A stretch of DNA of 64,000 bases, taken from positions 4,429,228-4,493,227 of the forward strand of contig NW_003526943.1 of the NCBI RefSeq assembly GCF_000181795.1, given 5' to 3'. The stretch comes from Trichinella spiralis (lineage: Eukaryota). Every line of letters starts with the position of its first letter. Within the stretch, counting starts at the first letter, position 1. A model generated the notes under the pieces. That model ran no database searches. It was not told the DNA's origin and saw nothing but the letters and a program-made list of their open reading frames with translations. Both the position numbers and the translations under genes were made by a program. Of this stretch, positions 15,501 to 29,725 are shown piece after piece.

Positions 15501-18500
15501 CTCTTTTTTAAGCTCATATTTTATTTTTAATATTAAAAAATATTTTCTGATAATTTCAACATCTCTGTGAAAATGGGGAATTCATTTATATTGCATTGGT
15601 TTGCTAGCAATGAATTGTTGTTGGACTGTTTGATTCCATTTCCCGATCACTTTCATACACTGCAATCAATATTCCTTCGCTTATGATAAATAAATAGACA
15701 GTGTGGAAAATCTTATTGATTTTTTTTCATCACGTTCAAGACGACAAGACGAGACACTTTTTGCGTGATCTATAAAATGCTCTTGATTTATAATTGCAGT
15801 TAGTTCATTATAATTGCCATTGCTGTTATTATTGCATCCAATTTATTTATTACACATATAGTAGGCAAGGTTCTTATTTCTGTGACTCATTTACAGATAT
15901 CGTTTATTCTGTTGTTTTTTGTCCATTTATGAGAGAGAAAGTTCAGCTAGTGGAATATAATAGTATTTTTTTGATGTATTTGCTTCCGTTGTCCAAATTT
16001 TTGTAAGAGAATAATTTTGTATTTTATTTTTGACATTTTGAAGTTTTTCTTTCAAATTTGACATCTTGTCAAAATCAGTTTTTACAAAACGATTCATATG
16101 ACAAAGGAAGTTTATCATTTCAATTCAACCATGCTTTTCTGTGCGTGTCGTTTTGATTATTGCGCGCATAAGTTGAGAAGAAGAAGAAGAAGAAGATTTG
16201 GAATATTTTCAACATCGGGCTGCACACATCTGGGCTTCTTGTTCACTATTATTATTATTATTATTATTATTATGATTATTATTACTGAATGCTTTTCAGA
16301 ATCACTTGTCAGCGGTACGGTTTTTATCTATATCTGAGCTTTTTTCATTTTCTTTGACTTTTAATAAAAATGATCATCAGTGTAGCCTGTGCATCAATGG
16401 GCGTCAATGAAGTAGAAGGAAGGAAGGATAAATGAAGGAAAAGCTGTCCGGTTGCTGAAACGCGCCGCTGGTCAGCCGCTTATTTAGCGTCATTGAACCG
16501 TTAATGCTGTTAGTCAACGCTGGATTAGATTATTATTCATTAAGTGATGAAACGGTTCACTTCCGTATGGCAAACGTCGTCTGTACGATCATTTTGTCTT
16601 TCCTTCCTTCCTTCCTTCCTTTTTGATGTTCTTCTTTTTTGTAGTGGATGTTTTTTTTCTTTTTTTTCATTTGTTTGTTTTATTCAGCTTTTTAAATGCT
16701 AATATTCGTCTGCTTCTTTATGCTGCTGCTTTTCATAAGCTAATCGCATCATTTTTTATAATCATCATTTACTACTATTATTGTATGAACAGTTCGATGA
16801 AATGGTATGTAGGCGTTTTGAATGGATTTTTTTTTCTACTTATGATGGATAAATTCACTGTGTTTTTCTTTTGATAATTCATTTTTACTAATGAAATAAC
16901 GATTAATTAATTGGCAGTTGACATGGCAATCGAGGCAAATTTTCTGCTCGTTTTTCTGAATAAAATTAAAAGGAGGGGGGGTTGGTGAAAATTGCTTTTT
17001 TTAATCGTAGCAGAATCATTACTCATTTATCATTATTTTAACAGTCTAAGATAATTTTTATTATGTAATATGTTGTGACTTTTGATGAAATTTTATTTTT
17101 CAAATTAACGCACCTGCGTGATTTTTTTTTGTAGAAATTTTTTGGCATTTCTTTGATTCTGTTGGTGTTATGCAACTTGTTGGCCACGATGATGTTTCTT
17201 ATATATATATTTTTTTGTTTTGCTTTTGCAAAAATAGCAAAAGTGTAAAATTGCAACTTATCTTAGTGTACACAAATTTTTGCATCAGTTTTTATTTGTT
17301 ATCTTTATGTTTATGAAACAAAATTATACGAGCAAAAGATGCAGATAAATTTCAATTTTTAGCTAGATGTGTGAGCATCTCTTTTTAATATTCGTTTAAT
17401 ATTTATAAATTTGCGTGATAAAGTTCAAATTTCTGAAAAATTGCTATTTTTCTAGATTATTTTGGGGTGGATTAAGAAGATTTTCGATTGTGTGTGCATT
17501 TTGTGGGGGTTGTTCAGGGTAATTGGATCGACCTCTATGGTCGTGCGACCGAATTGTCTGTCAGCCTGGGCAATTAGAGGTCCGGGCCGATTTTGGGGGA
17601 AAACATTTGTCCAGGTCAAGCTGCTTTAGGCATGATCGGGCAGGGTTTATTGTGTAGCTTGTGGTCGATTGGCTCGGTTGAAGCGACTGTTAACAGTCGA
17701 CGTTAGAGAAGAAGGGGTTAGTGAAAATCGAACCTGCGAATCTCATATGCTTTACATGCGCACGCTGCACGCAAGCAAGCAGGCTTTTCTTTATCTTTAA
17801 TGTATGGCATTGGATTTAGAAGTGGCCCTGCTTTTCAATTTGCTTAATGGAAAACTCTTGCAGAGGCTGTCTCCTAGTTGTTACGGCTGCTGCGGTTGTT
17901 GTTGTTGTTGTTGTTGTTGTTTTATCTTTGGCAAAAGGTTTTTCCTTTTGCACCACGGGTTGGCAATTTACTAGCAACCTGACATCCTGCCAGTTATTTT
18001 CATGCAGTTGTTCTTGGGGAAATTATGCATCTGCTGGCCGATATATCTGCATATATAAATAGAACAAATGATAATGTGGTGTGAAAGCTTAATTTACTAG
18101 AAATATCAGCACGGGGTCAGCGGATCACATTGCTCTGAAAGCGGTTCACGTTTATTTACGTCATTTAAAAATGCTTCATTGAAATTAATTTTATTGTAAG
18201 AAAGGATCCATTGGTATATTGTATCTGTTGGTATATTTCGGTGAAATATTGATTATATTTCAATATTAGTTAAAACATCTTTGTACGATAAATGTTATTT
18301 TCTACGTACATAGCAGCTGTCTAATCTGTATAATCTATATATGTATTGAAAGAAAATTCCAAAATGCAATCAATATATACTCCATTTTTAGCATGCTGAT
18401 CATCGGATCATTTATCTCAATTTGGTTTAATTAATCATTTCTGTACATTATATTTTACAATTGACTTTATTGGAACAAAATTTAAGCAGGTGGTGGTGGT

Positions 18501-21500
18501 GGTGTGTGGTGGCGAATTTTATTAATATTTCATTTGTATTTTATATAATTTGGAAATTTTCTAAGAAATGTACAGCGCGCGTAGAGTGTGTAGGAGGAGA
18601 AGAATATTTCGAATATTTTTCTATTCCATTGGTTGATGATTTCATCATTTTTGAGCATTACGACGTGTCTTTTTGGCTTCTTCCTCTTGACGGAATTTGG
18701 CTGCTGTTGTCCGCTTATGCGAATAGCAAGCGTCATTCTTTGACTGACTTCTAATCTATTCTCGGTAATGGCAATGACAATGGCGAATGGAATATTTTAT
18801 AAAATGAAAAATAAATAACTGCACTGGTTGACGATTGTTTGTGATTGGGTTGGTTTGATTGCATTCATTTTTAGAATATGCTATAGACTGCCATTGAACA
18901 TTTATTTCTCTGTAAAAGTCACTTTAGAAAGACACTCTTATGTTGTTCTTCTCTAATTAATTTCACCTATGGAAGCATGGGAAAAGTAGAAGTAATTCTT
19001 CTATTATTATTATTATTATTAAATTTGGTTTCGTAATTGATTTCATTTTATATATTGCTCTTACGACTAACTTTGACTAAATTGCTGGACATCATCATGC
19101 GCAACTGCTATCGCATCATCTGCTATTCGTTAGCTTTTGCGTTTGCTCTCGTTCTTCTATATATTGTCTCAGCGAAGAAGAAGCGGCTCTTTTATTCTGC
19201 AAGTAGCGATGCAATTCAGCTTTGCTTGTTGTGTTTGTATGGCTTGTTCACCTGACTTGATTGAATTTTGCTTTTCATTTTATATTTGTTATACATGCAT
19301 GCTCGTTCAGTGTTCGTTCAATAGCGTCAATTCAATGCTTGTTGCATTTTATCTATCATTTATTCGTTTGTTTTAATCTGTTAATTTGATCTCCATTTGA
19401 ACATGTTGCTTTGTGAATTGGTCTTGTATGCTGCAGTCTAGTCTGTTTCATAGTTGCACGTCAAATATGTTGATTTATTTTTACCATTTTGAGACATGTA
19501 AGTTTTGATTTTTTTTCCCTCTTTTTTTTCCACCTGCTTTTTCATCAATTTCCGCTTATGCATGTCACGCACACAACGTGAAACATTTCCTAATAGCGAA
19601 AACAGCATGCGTAGTTTTAATCAGTTTTATTGATAGATATATTTATTTATATTTATATAAAAGGGAACGATTGGGGTATTGATGGATACCTGAGATTTGA
19701 GTAGCTGCTAACTGTGCGTGTTCGTAGGTTGGTTGCTCTGGCAATCTTGTGTCTGTGTTTCTGCATTTGCGTATGAGGAGATGGATTTTTTAAAATATTT
19801 TATAAATTGAAGATTTATTTTCGCCAAAAGTACGGGGGGGGGGGGAGTGAGAGGTAGAGGAAAACAGGGTAAATGGAGAATAACGAGAGAAATAAAAATA
19901 AGAAGCTTTTTGTTTTCACCGTGTTGGTAAGTTCAAAATCGTTTCAATTGGTAATGGAGCTTGGTCTTGTGGAGCTGATAAGAGAAGCTTGACAGTGAGT
20001 GTAGATACACTTATCTGGCGATGGATCGGCGTCAGCGGGTCGGTTCAGCGAGTGTGCTTTGCTTGCATTTGCTTTTTAGAAAGCTTTTTATTATTTGACG
20101 AATGGTGCGTGTTTGGTTGTTTGTTTGTTGCTTGTGGTAGTTTGTTTATTTATTTTTTTGGGTTTGTAAATGAGAGAAGAAAACAGTGTCGATGAATCCG
20201 TTTTGTTGTATGTATTGCGCGATTTATTTTTGTTGCGCTGCTTTTGCAACAGCAGCAGCAGCACTAGCTGCAACAACGCTGCCAATGACGTCACTCAGTT
20301 GTACAATATGTGAAGGCGAATGGAGTGGGAAAATTGTTTTGTCTAGTTCTACGCTTTTTATTTTTACCATTTATCTGTTTGGTTGGTTTTTGGAAACAGA
20401 AACTTTGTCATACTTGCTATTTATGCTGCCAAGTCTTTGAAGGGCATTTTATGTATTATTTTTCTGTACACCAACTTGAAAGGCAACAATAAATAATGAT
20501 GTTGCTTATTTCTTTTTCTACGCGCTCAACAGAGAGTAGAGAAATTCGTTTTTTTTTTCTGTTGTTGTACGTATTAATATTAACGTGTTATGTATTGTGT
20601 ATTTTTTTCAGGGTTTGGACGGCTTGAGTTCAACGAATAGCAGCGTTGTTGTTGGAAGCAACCACCAAGAATCTTTAATGCCGACCACCCCGACCAGGAA
20701 TCATGGTGATACTGCTGCTTCTTTCTATGCTGCTGCGAAGCCTGTACCCCCACCGAAACCGTCGATCGACTCTTACAAATATTCCAAAGCTAATTTAGAA
20801 GGTAAAATTTTTTGTCTATGCGTGCGTTGAAAGCAAAAGAGAGTAGCACCTTTTTTTTGAAATTTGTGTTTGCAGAAAGTGCGGATGTGGATTTGGACGC
20901 ACTGATTGGCGAACTATGCGCTCTGGAAAGTCAATTGAACGCGCCAGAAATGCCTGGCTTGATGATGACGACAGGTTCTAAAACGGTTTCGAAGGATTCT
21001 TGCCTTGGCGGCAGTCGTCATTCACGAGTGAGCAGCGATGGAGGTGGACCCGCTGCATATGCCGGTGATCGTGTTAAAGCTGTAAAATTGGATTTTACTT
21101 TATCTTTTATTTTTTTTTGTTCTTACTTTTCCATTTATCTATATTTCTCATTTAGGGCGGAGATGTTCAGGCAAGGTGCAGAAGTCCGGACACAGATTCA
21201 GCTTACTGTGATACGATGAGCATTCTCAGTGAATCGACTCAATCAAGCAGTAATCGTAGTGGTGAAAGTGGTGGTTCTACTACTGACAGTATGCGAGGTT
21301 CTATGACCACACCTTCGCCTACGCAGGTGAAATTGCTTTGTCCAATATTATTGTTACATATATTATGTACGTGTGTGTGAGGGTAGAATGCTCTTTTTTG
21401 TTTGATTACTTGGTGTAAATGCACAGACTTTTTTTACATACTTTAAACAAAACTAGCAACTGACAAAAAGCACCGCACACTGTTATCCGTAATGCATTTT

Positions 21501-24500
21501 TTGCATTTATCACATGCGTTTCTGAAATCTGATTAGCTAGTTTTTTGGTTGTTTTCTGAATGACGAATGAACATTTACAACAACCTATTCAATTTATAAA
21601 AGTCGCTTTTTGAATGTTTCGAGTTTAGAGTTAAATGCGAACACAGTTGCATTAACATGTGCAGTTGTGAAAAGATTGCATTTAGCCAAAAGTTGTGTTT
21701 ATGCAGATATGCAACTTTTTAATTTTTAAAAAAATAGTGTGTACATTTTAGAAAAGAATTTTGAACAGTTCAGTGAACACAGTGTTTTTATTTTCAGAGT
21801 TTGAAAATGAATTTAAAATATGTTGCACATGTTGGTTAGTTGATGTATTTTTATTTGTTGTTTTCAGTTGATTGAAGCAGTTAAAGCCCAAATCCGAAAC
21901 GTAAAAGAGGAAATTCAACGGGAAAATCTGACAGAGGTATATATGTGTGCGCGCATACATACATTTATGTATAGTTAGTTTGTTTATTCATATGTAGTGG
22001 TTGTTGAAGTTATATATAAATCTTTTCTGTTAGCAAGTATATTGCTGGCTGAGATTGATTGACTGACTGGACTCACTGATCGAACTAGCATGTGTTAATT
22101 TTTGCTCTAGGCTGAGATTACTGAACGATTGAAGAACGAAAAGATCAAAATTGCATTGGAAAAGATGAAAGAAGCTAGCATTAAAAAAGTATACATATAT
22201 ATATATATATTTTTACTTTTCATTGCGTGTACAATGTTGTTGGCAGTTTAAAAGATGTTTTTTTTTTATTTTCAGCTTTACGTGAAAATCTTCACTCCAA
22301 ATGGAAAAAGTTTAAATATGTTGATTGACGAACGATGGAGTGTTGCATATGTGTTGAAATTGCTTGCCGAAAAGCATCGTCTCGACGTGTCGCTTAATCA
22401 TGCAATTGTCGAATTTTACCCGGATTTGTATATGGGTATGCAAGTTTTGTTGTTGTGCTCATATTGCTTTACCACCATTATGTTTAAACATATGTTTGCG
22501 AGTTGGTTGGAATGTAGATAGAAGGATAGATAGATGGATGGATGGATGGATGGATGGATGCATAGACATATAATTAATGTGATTTATTATAACTTTTTTC
22601 TGTTGGTTTAGAACGAATTTACGAAGACCACGAACATCTGATTGAAAACATACTGATGTGGACACATGGATCGCCGAACAAATTGTTCTTGATGGAACGC
22701 AGAGACAAATACCATGTGTTTTTGGAACCTGAAAAATATTTACTGGACGATACTCATTCTGACAGAAATTCGGTGTTCAGTCTTGAAGGTCGACGGCAAC
22801 TGATTGAGGTGTGTCTTATTTTTTTTTCTACGTGAGATTATAATTTTCTAATCTCCAATGTATGATGAATGTTTAGGAATTTTTTTCCCCATCTCGAGTG
22901 CAGCCTCCAGAACTGGAAGGGGTATTGTATTTGAAATCCGACGGCAAAAAGTCGTGGAAAAAACATGTATTCGTTTTGCGAGGTTCTGGTCTTTATTACG
23001 TACCAAAAGGAAAATCTAAGGTATGCGCAAAAAATATTAGTGCAATTATATTATCATTGCTGCAGTTTAATAATGGGTGATTTGAAAATTTTATTTTCAT
23101 TTTTAGTCCTCAAGGGATTTGGTTCGCCTGATGCAATTCGATGTAATAGAAGTTTACAGTTCAGTTGGTTGGAAAAAGAAGTACAAAGCTCCGACGGATT
23201 GGGGTTTTGCTCTCAAGGTTGGCAATGGCTTTTTTTCATATTTTTTTATTTGAATATTCATTAAAATTATGCATGTTCATCATATTCAAGATGTATCGTG
23301 GTGTAGCTAGTGTATATTATTTTTGCTTTGCAATTTTTGATCGTAGTTTTGAAGTTGTAATTTATAGTATGAAGTGGACAAGATAGAAGTTGTATTTTTA
23401 TTAGTAATTTGTAATGTAATTTTGTCAATTTTCTTGCGGTGAAGGTAGTCGTGAAGTATTTGTGCAAGCAAGCAAGTATAATATGAGAGCAATGTATTGA
23501 GGCAATATATATATAATTGGCTTTTTGAACAATGCATAAATGAAAAGGAAGCAGGCCGACTGTTCCAGTTCTACTTGTTCACGTTGATTCCAACATATTC
23601 GTTTTTCTTTTTGCCATCAGAATAATTATACAGTCGAATGTGTGTTTGTGAAACTGTTGGTTAAGCCGACTAACTATAACTATACTATTTGTTCAACATA
23701 GCACCAACAATTAGAATAATAGCAACAATGTTTTTGTTATGCTGTTGCTGCTTTTCAGCATCCTCAAATTCAAGTAAAGGCGTCGAAGTATATCAAGTAT
23801 TTGTGCGCAGAAGATGAACGTTCGTATCACAAATGGCTTACTGGAATTCGACTTGCTAAGGTAAATTAATTAAAACAGATTGTAATTTTGTCTGAGTTAT
23901 AATATATCCATATTAATTCGTTTGTTTGTTTTATAGAGAGGTCAACAGTTGTTGGAAAATTTTGAAGCTCAACGTAATCGTAGCGGTGTCTGGTCTTGCT
24001 TAAGCATGGACAGTTTGAGTGTTTCAAACAGGAGCTCTGCAACTGCCAGCTACTCCAGTGTTCATGTGAATAAAGCAGGATCGTACAGCAATAAGATGCA
24101 GACCCGTAGTATGGTTGTGACGGACATGCCGGTTATGGTCGAAGGTCCAAGAAGTGGTTGTGACAGTCCAATTGGTGGAATGGTCGGCCGAAATGCTGCC
24201 GGTGCTGGTGGAAGTGATACCAAAAGCATATGCAGTGGAAGCACTACAGATTCTGCAGATCAGGGTTCACTGAATGCTTTTGAGACCGACTCTTGCACGG
24301 GTACGATCAAAAGGCGTCCTTCAAAGGCCAGTTGTCCGAAAATACCGTTGACTGAAGCAACGAAGCAACAAATACAGCACGTTCTTGGTTCTCACTTGCA
24401 ACAGCCATATTTTAACAGTTCTGCTGCTGCAACTAATGTCACTAATCATGATATGGTGATGACAATGATGAATTCAGATGCCAATTTTGATGAGGAAGCG

Positions 24501-25163
24501 GATTCGGATGAAGAATTGCCTCCACCTCCTCCACCGTTGTTGACTGGTAATGAAATGTCGGATTCATCATCGTCATTGTCCTCCGCGATGTTTCCACCAC
24601 CACCACCGTTGTTTACGCACACTGCATCTGTTGTAACTGTAGCAACTACAACTACCGTTGCTTCTTCCGCTTTGACTAGTGGTATACAACAAGTGGACAA
24701 AAATGGATCATTGACGAATAATAATAGAGCCGTTTGTTCGGAGTACGGGTTGTTGCCTGCTCCTCCTGCTCCGCCACCTTTGAACTGTTACACTACTACT
24801 CATCAGCATAATAATTATCATAATCATCAGTCGTCTGTTTCGCCGACGGCGAGCATCAGCAGTTCCACTTCATCATCAGCACGATTGGGCGCCAAACCTC
24901 CGCCTCCTCCACCACCGAAACGCAGCGATGCTACAAAATTGACCACATCTTTGTCAACAATAGCAGCAGGGCCGGTGAACAATAGCAACAATACTACGGC
25001 TAAGTTTGTCAAGCAGCAGAAAGTGCCACACCCATCTCCGCCCCCTCCTCCAACGCCTGCCCGAAGTAACGAAAATGCCGCGAACAATTTCCACATGGAA
25101 TTGCAACAAGCAATGCAGAAGCGCCTGCGCCAACTGGAAGGTTCTTCCTCTACACCTCTCTAG
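4425..25163 (+). CDS. mig-10: MRL-family adaptor MIG-10/lamellipodin (RA + PH domains, proline-rich tail)
   Basis: Exons 4425-4453, 12038-12167, 20612-20801, 20876-~21081, 21156-21326, 21868-21936, 22111-22188, 22276-22435, 22612-22808, 22877-23020, 23107-23217, 23759-23860, 23937-25163, with compatible phases. Motifs: EKIKIALEKMKEASIKK, RA domain (LYVKIFT...ERIYEDHE), PH domain (PELEGVLYLKSDGKKSWKK...YKAPTDWGF...IKYLCAEDE...WLTGIRLAK), FPPPP/LPPPP EVH1 ligands. The first micro-exon is the least certain part. Confidence 0.93.
9507..9547. repeat. (TA)n microsatellite in mig-10 intron 1
   Basis: About 20 uninterrupted TA units. Confidence 0.95.
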
Positions 25164-26287
25164 TTTTGATTGTTGAAAACTGCAATTCAGCATTTTGAAA
25201 TTTGTTTATTTGTTTGTTTTTGTTTATTTTGCCGGTGTTCATTATTTTATTTTGCATTACGTTTGATGAAATGTCATTTTGATTGCACTTATTTTTCTCA
25301 TGTTCAATTTTTATTATTATTATATACATATACTACTGCATTGCTTTTTGATTATACTGTTTTATTTTTTTTTTATTTTTGCAAGCTTGATGTAGAAGCG
25401 ACGTTTTTTTTCCACTCGACATCATCCTGCCAGTGGCACATATTTCAATTATTTATCATTATTACATTTTGGTTGTTCGGTTAAAGTACAGGCACTTTCC
25501 GACATTGCAAATTTTATTTTGTGTGACAGAAAAACGGAGTGCCATTTTCCAAATAAAATATATTTGATTAATAAGTACATTTGTGTGAGAAAAAAATCAT
25601 AACCGGTTTTTTGTAGCTATTATCCTTGAAAATCATTTAGTTGTGTATTGTAAAAGTATGCTAATTTTAAATTGATTTCGACGTTAACTAAGGTTTGTTC
25701 TGTGAGGTTAACCAAAATTAAAAAAATGTAATTATTATTCTAGCAGACAAAAGCTAATTATTGCTTTTGGTTTTCAAATTACGCACAAGCACGCGTGCAT
25801 TTTTTTTCATCGTTGAGCGTGTTGTGCATGTACAATCATTCATGTTCCAAAGCACATGTAAAATTGCTAAACACTAATTGCATTAATGCCACCACCATTT
25901 TCAAAAATAGAAAAGGCCGCAAAAAAGAAATAAATAAAAAAAAGTTGATAAAATTGTCAATCTGTATGCTAACAATGGAGAACATCTCTTTACAAGCAAG
26001 CATATACATATACGTATATGTATGTATATATGTGCATATTTATAAAAATTAGACTAGTTGTTGAAATGTGGGCATGTCAAAGAAGAACATCAAGTAAGCA
26101 AGTAAGTAGTAACCAGTTGCGTGGCCCAATTGTTCAGCTCACTGCTTTTCAGACGTGAAAGTATGATGTAAGAGAGAGAAATTGTTATTTTGTCAATTCC
26201 AACTTGAGCAGTGAAGAAAAATTACTTGCAAAAATGGACGTGTACTACAATCAGCATTATTATTATTGTTGGGGATTTTTGTCCCAG

Positions 26288-28399
26288 ATGCGCAGTTGGC
26301 TTACATGGGTGATTGTATTTTCGCTTCTGAACTTTAAAGTGTCTTTGTCTATCAAACCGGCATGTAGAAGTGAGTGTTTCATTCGATATCATTCATACTG
26401 AATGCATATTATTTCGTTATTTTTCAATTTTCCAGTGAAACATTTTGTAATTTGATTTCTCTGATATCCATCCATTTGGTTGATGTAATGAAATTGTAAA
26501 GCTGTTCTTACTTAATACTCGTCAGGGATAATAGATCATATTAAATATTTATAATAATACGTTGTGACAATTTTGTTTGAAGAAAAGAAAGTGAAATTCG
26601 TTTCATGTCAACAGACGTAATTCCAATGAAAAATCTTACAAGTGAAAAAATAACTAACACAGAATTATTGTTATTACACTTTGGCTCTAATGTGAAATTT
26701 TAGTTGCCAAATGCACAGATGCGAAAGATCCATAAAATATGTAGTGTTGTTATAATTGATTCATTATTGGATTAGTTTCATTGTCATTGTACGATACTGA
26801 TTGTGTGAGACTGCAAGCTGAAACACCTTATTGAATTAAAACTTCCCAGTTGTCATTAAAATTTTATTTCAGATGCAATGGTGTCTGAGTATTGTCTTTA
26901 TGACGAAGAATGCGCTGGACTGCACACGACTTGTTTAGGAAATACGTGCACTTGTCCACCAGATCATGAACATTACAGCATTGATGGAAAAATGAAAGTT
27001 TGTCGACCAGGTATTATTGTATTTATTCCTTCGCAGAATAAAACTTTCAATAAAATTCTTTCGCATTTTAATAAATATTCAAATGTATTTAGCTCCGGCT
27101 TTGATCAATGCAACTTGTCAGACAAGATGTAAACCACCTTTGGTTTGCAGTAACAACCACTGTATTTGTTGGAATGCCAAACGCGTGGGCAATTCATGTA
27201 CTGTAGGTAAGCAAGTGCGTTACAGTTTAACTTGGAAAAATGCTAAACTGTGTGAATTATTCGCAATAACTGAAAATGCTGATCGTGTTTCTGTTTTCAT
27301 TAAGCTTAAACAATTTATTTGCATTGATGATTGAATAAACACTGCTTGTTGTTATTCTGCTATTTAAAAAAAGTATGAAAATAACAAGAAATCGGTTGTT
27401 TAGATTGTCCACACGGACAAACGTTGATTGGTCAGGAATGCAAATTAGCACAACAACTTTGGGGTAGTTGTGAAGTCGACTCCGACTGTGCGGCAGCATT
27501 TACAGAATGCAAAAACAGACGTTGTACTTGTGTTCCTGGTACTGTAGCTCGGGGATCGAACTGCGTTGCAAGTAAGGGAATAGTTTCTTTTGTGGAATTA
27601 CAGTATGAATGAGAAGAAACTGTTTTTTTCTCATTAATTTCAGCACTGAAAAACGTGAAAATGAAAAGATATGAAATTTATTTTTGTTTCAGCTTGTTCT
27701 GACGGAAGTCAACCAATTCGTACGTGTAAGAGAATTTTACAAGGTCTGAGCGATATAACAGAAAATGTGGAAAAAATGGACACATGTCCGGCCGGCTATT
27801 ACTGCGCCACGTACGGCAAGCCCAGCATTGGTCATTGTTGTCCACTGCGGTGTCCGTTTGGTGAAGCGGATACGACCAAATCGTGCAACAAAGGTTCTCC
27901 GTTGGGCAGTCGTTGTCCCGAATTGACTACACATTTCTGTCACAACTTCGAAAGTGGCGGCTACAGTGCAAAACTGTGCTGCCCTCGGCCTTGCAGAAAT
28001 CCGACGCCATATTGGATCAACAATCGCTGCTATCCGGTCGCCCACTGGGGTGATGCGTGCGTCAACGACGAACAATGTGAAGGAGGCAGGCGGATGAGCT
28101 GCTTGCAGAATCGTTGCCGCTGCAATGCGGACTTCGATCAAGTCAACACCACATATCCAACTTGTGTCCGACGATGTCCAACGTTGTCTATTGAAATTGC
28201 CGAACAGTGTTATAAAAAAGTCAAACTGGCCCATCAGTGTTTTGTCGATTTTCAATGTCCACGGAATGCCCAGTGTCGTGAAGGACGATGCGAATGCAAC
28301 TGTCACTTCAAGCCCAGCATGAAAGCTTGCGTCAATCCTGACGATCCGCTGAATATTGACGGATTTTTGAAAGGTTTTCAAAATATATTTATCGGATAA
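26288..28399 (+). CDS. Secreted cysteine-rich EB-module repeat protein
   Basis: Exons 26288-26369, 26873-27010, 27093-27206, 27404-27571, 27693-28399 in frame. N-terminal signal peptide MRSWLTWVIVFSLLNFKVSLS; repeated GxxCxxDxxC-x5/6-C-xxxxCxC units (e.g. WGDACVNDEQCEGGRRMSCLQNRCRC) typical of nematode EB modules; no TM segment. Confidence 0.85.
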
Positions 28400-29128
28400 A
28401 ACTTCATATTCCGCTTTAAACAAACAACCTTTATCATTCATTATTCTTCAGTTCTACTTTTTCTTCTCTATTGTTATTTTAAAATATTTTATTCATTTAA
28501 AAGTATTACAACATTTTATATTAAACGATTAAATGTTGAAATGAACAATTTCACTTTTTCAATAATAAATAAATTCAAGATAAAAAAGATAATCTGTTCC
28601 CTTTATAAAATATTTCACATCTCCACATGGTATGTTTAATTTATTTATTAACTTTGTAATGATTTTTCTTCTGAAGTTGAAATTGAATTTTTATTCGAAT
28701 ATTTAACTTGCTTCAAGCCACTCACCTACTTGCAACAAATTTGAAAATTTATTTCAACAGTATCGGCTGTTTAAAAAAAAAGTAAATCAATAAAATTACT
28801 TTTCCACTACTACACAGTGGAACAACAGAAAACACGTCGTGCACGTGAAATTATCCATGCGTTAGGGTAAAACAATCAGTACATGACATTTTTTTCGATT
28901 GATAAATAACAAGTAATATTCAAAAAAGAAAACATGAATTTCAAAAATTTGTTTATCTTGAAATGAAATCACATCAATCGGTAGTAAAGATAAAAATTTT
29001 ATGGGCAAATTTTTCTCACGGTATACACAACGCAAGAAAAATACAATCATAAGCAGATAAATCGGTAAATACTTTAGCAGCTTTACGTACTAATTTTCGC
29101 TGTTGTATTTTACCAATGTCAAATGTAC

Positions 29129-29159
<31 letters not shown>

Positions 29160-29725
29160 CTGTTTTCTTCTTCCTAATTACCGATGAAGCTTTACGCATT
29201 TCAAAATAGTTGTACAATAAATTTGCATAATCTGATGGAAATTTACCTTTCAACCTTTCAAATATTAAAAGAAATAATTCACCTTTTTAAAAATAATAAT
29301 AATAGTCTGAATAAAATAGTAGCTTCATACTTTTTTTAAATGATTTATATTCAAAAAGCATTAACTGAAGCACACTCAATTTTAATAGAAAATTTAATTT
29401 ATTGTCATTTATACATGCAGGACACAACAGAATAATAACCATTTCATGCTGCTTTATCTAGTTGTTTTGAAAACAGTGAAAATTTTTTGAAAAGTTTCTT
29501 CAAAATATGATACAATAAATGACATATGACAAATTATTTCCTATGCTATCTGCAAGAACAATTGTGTCATTCAGCAATCTCTTCATCCAACACCAAACAA
29601 TTTTAAAAATCACTTCAAAACAATAATAACAACACAAAACAATATTTCTCAGCTTTAGCATAAATGCAAAGACGCTCAAATAAATTTAACAAACTATGCA
29701 AGAGCACCACTAATAAAATACTTAC

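Noticed and set aside
5000..20500. Numerous 60-150 aa ORFs in the ORF track within mig-10 introns
   Set aside because: Low-complexity F/I/L/Y/C-rich translations of AT-rich and microsatellite sequence without splice or domain support.
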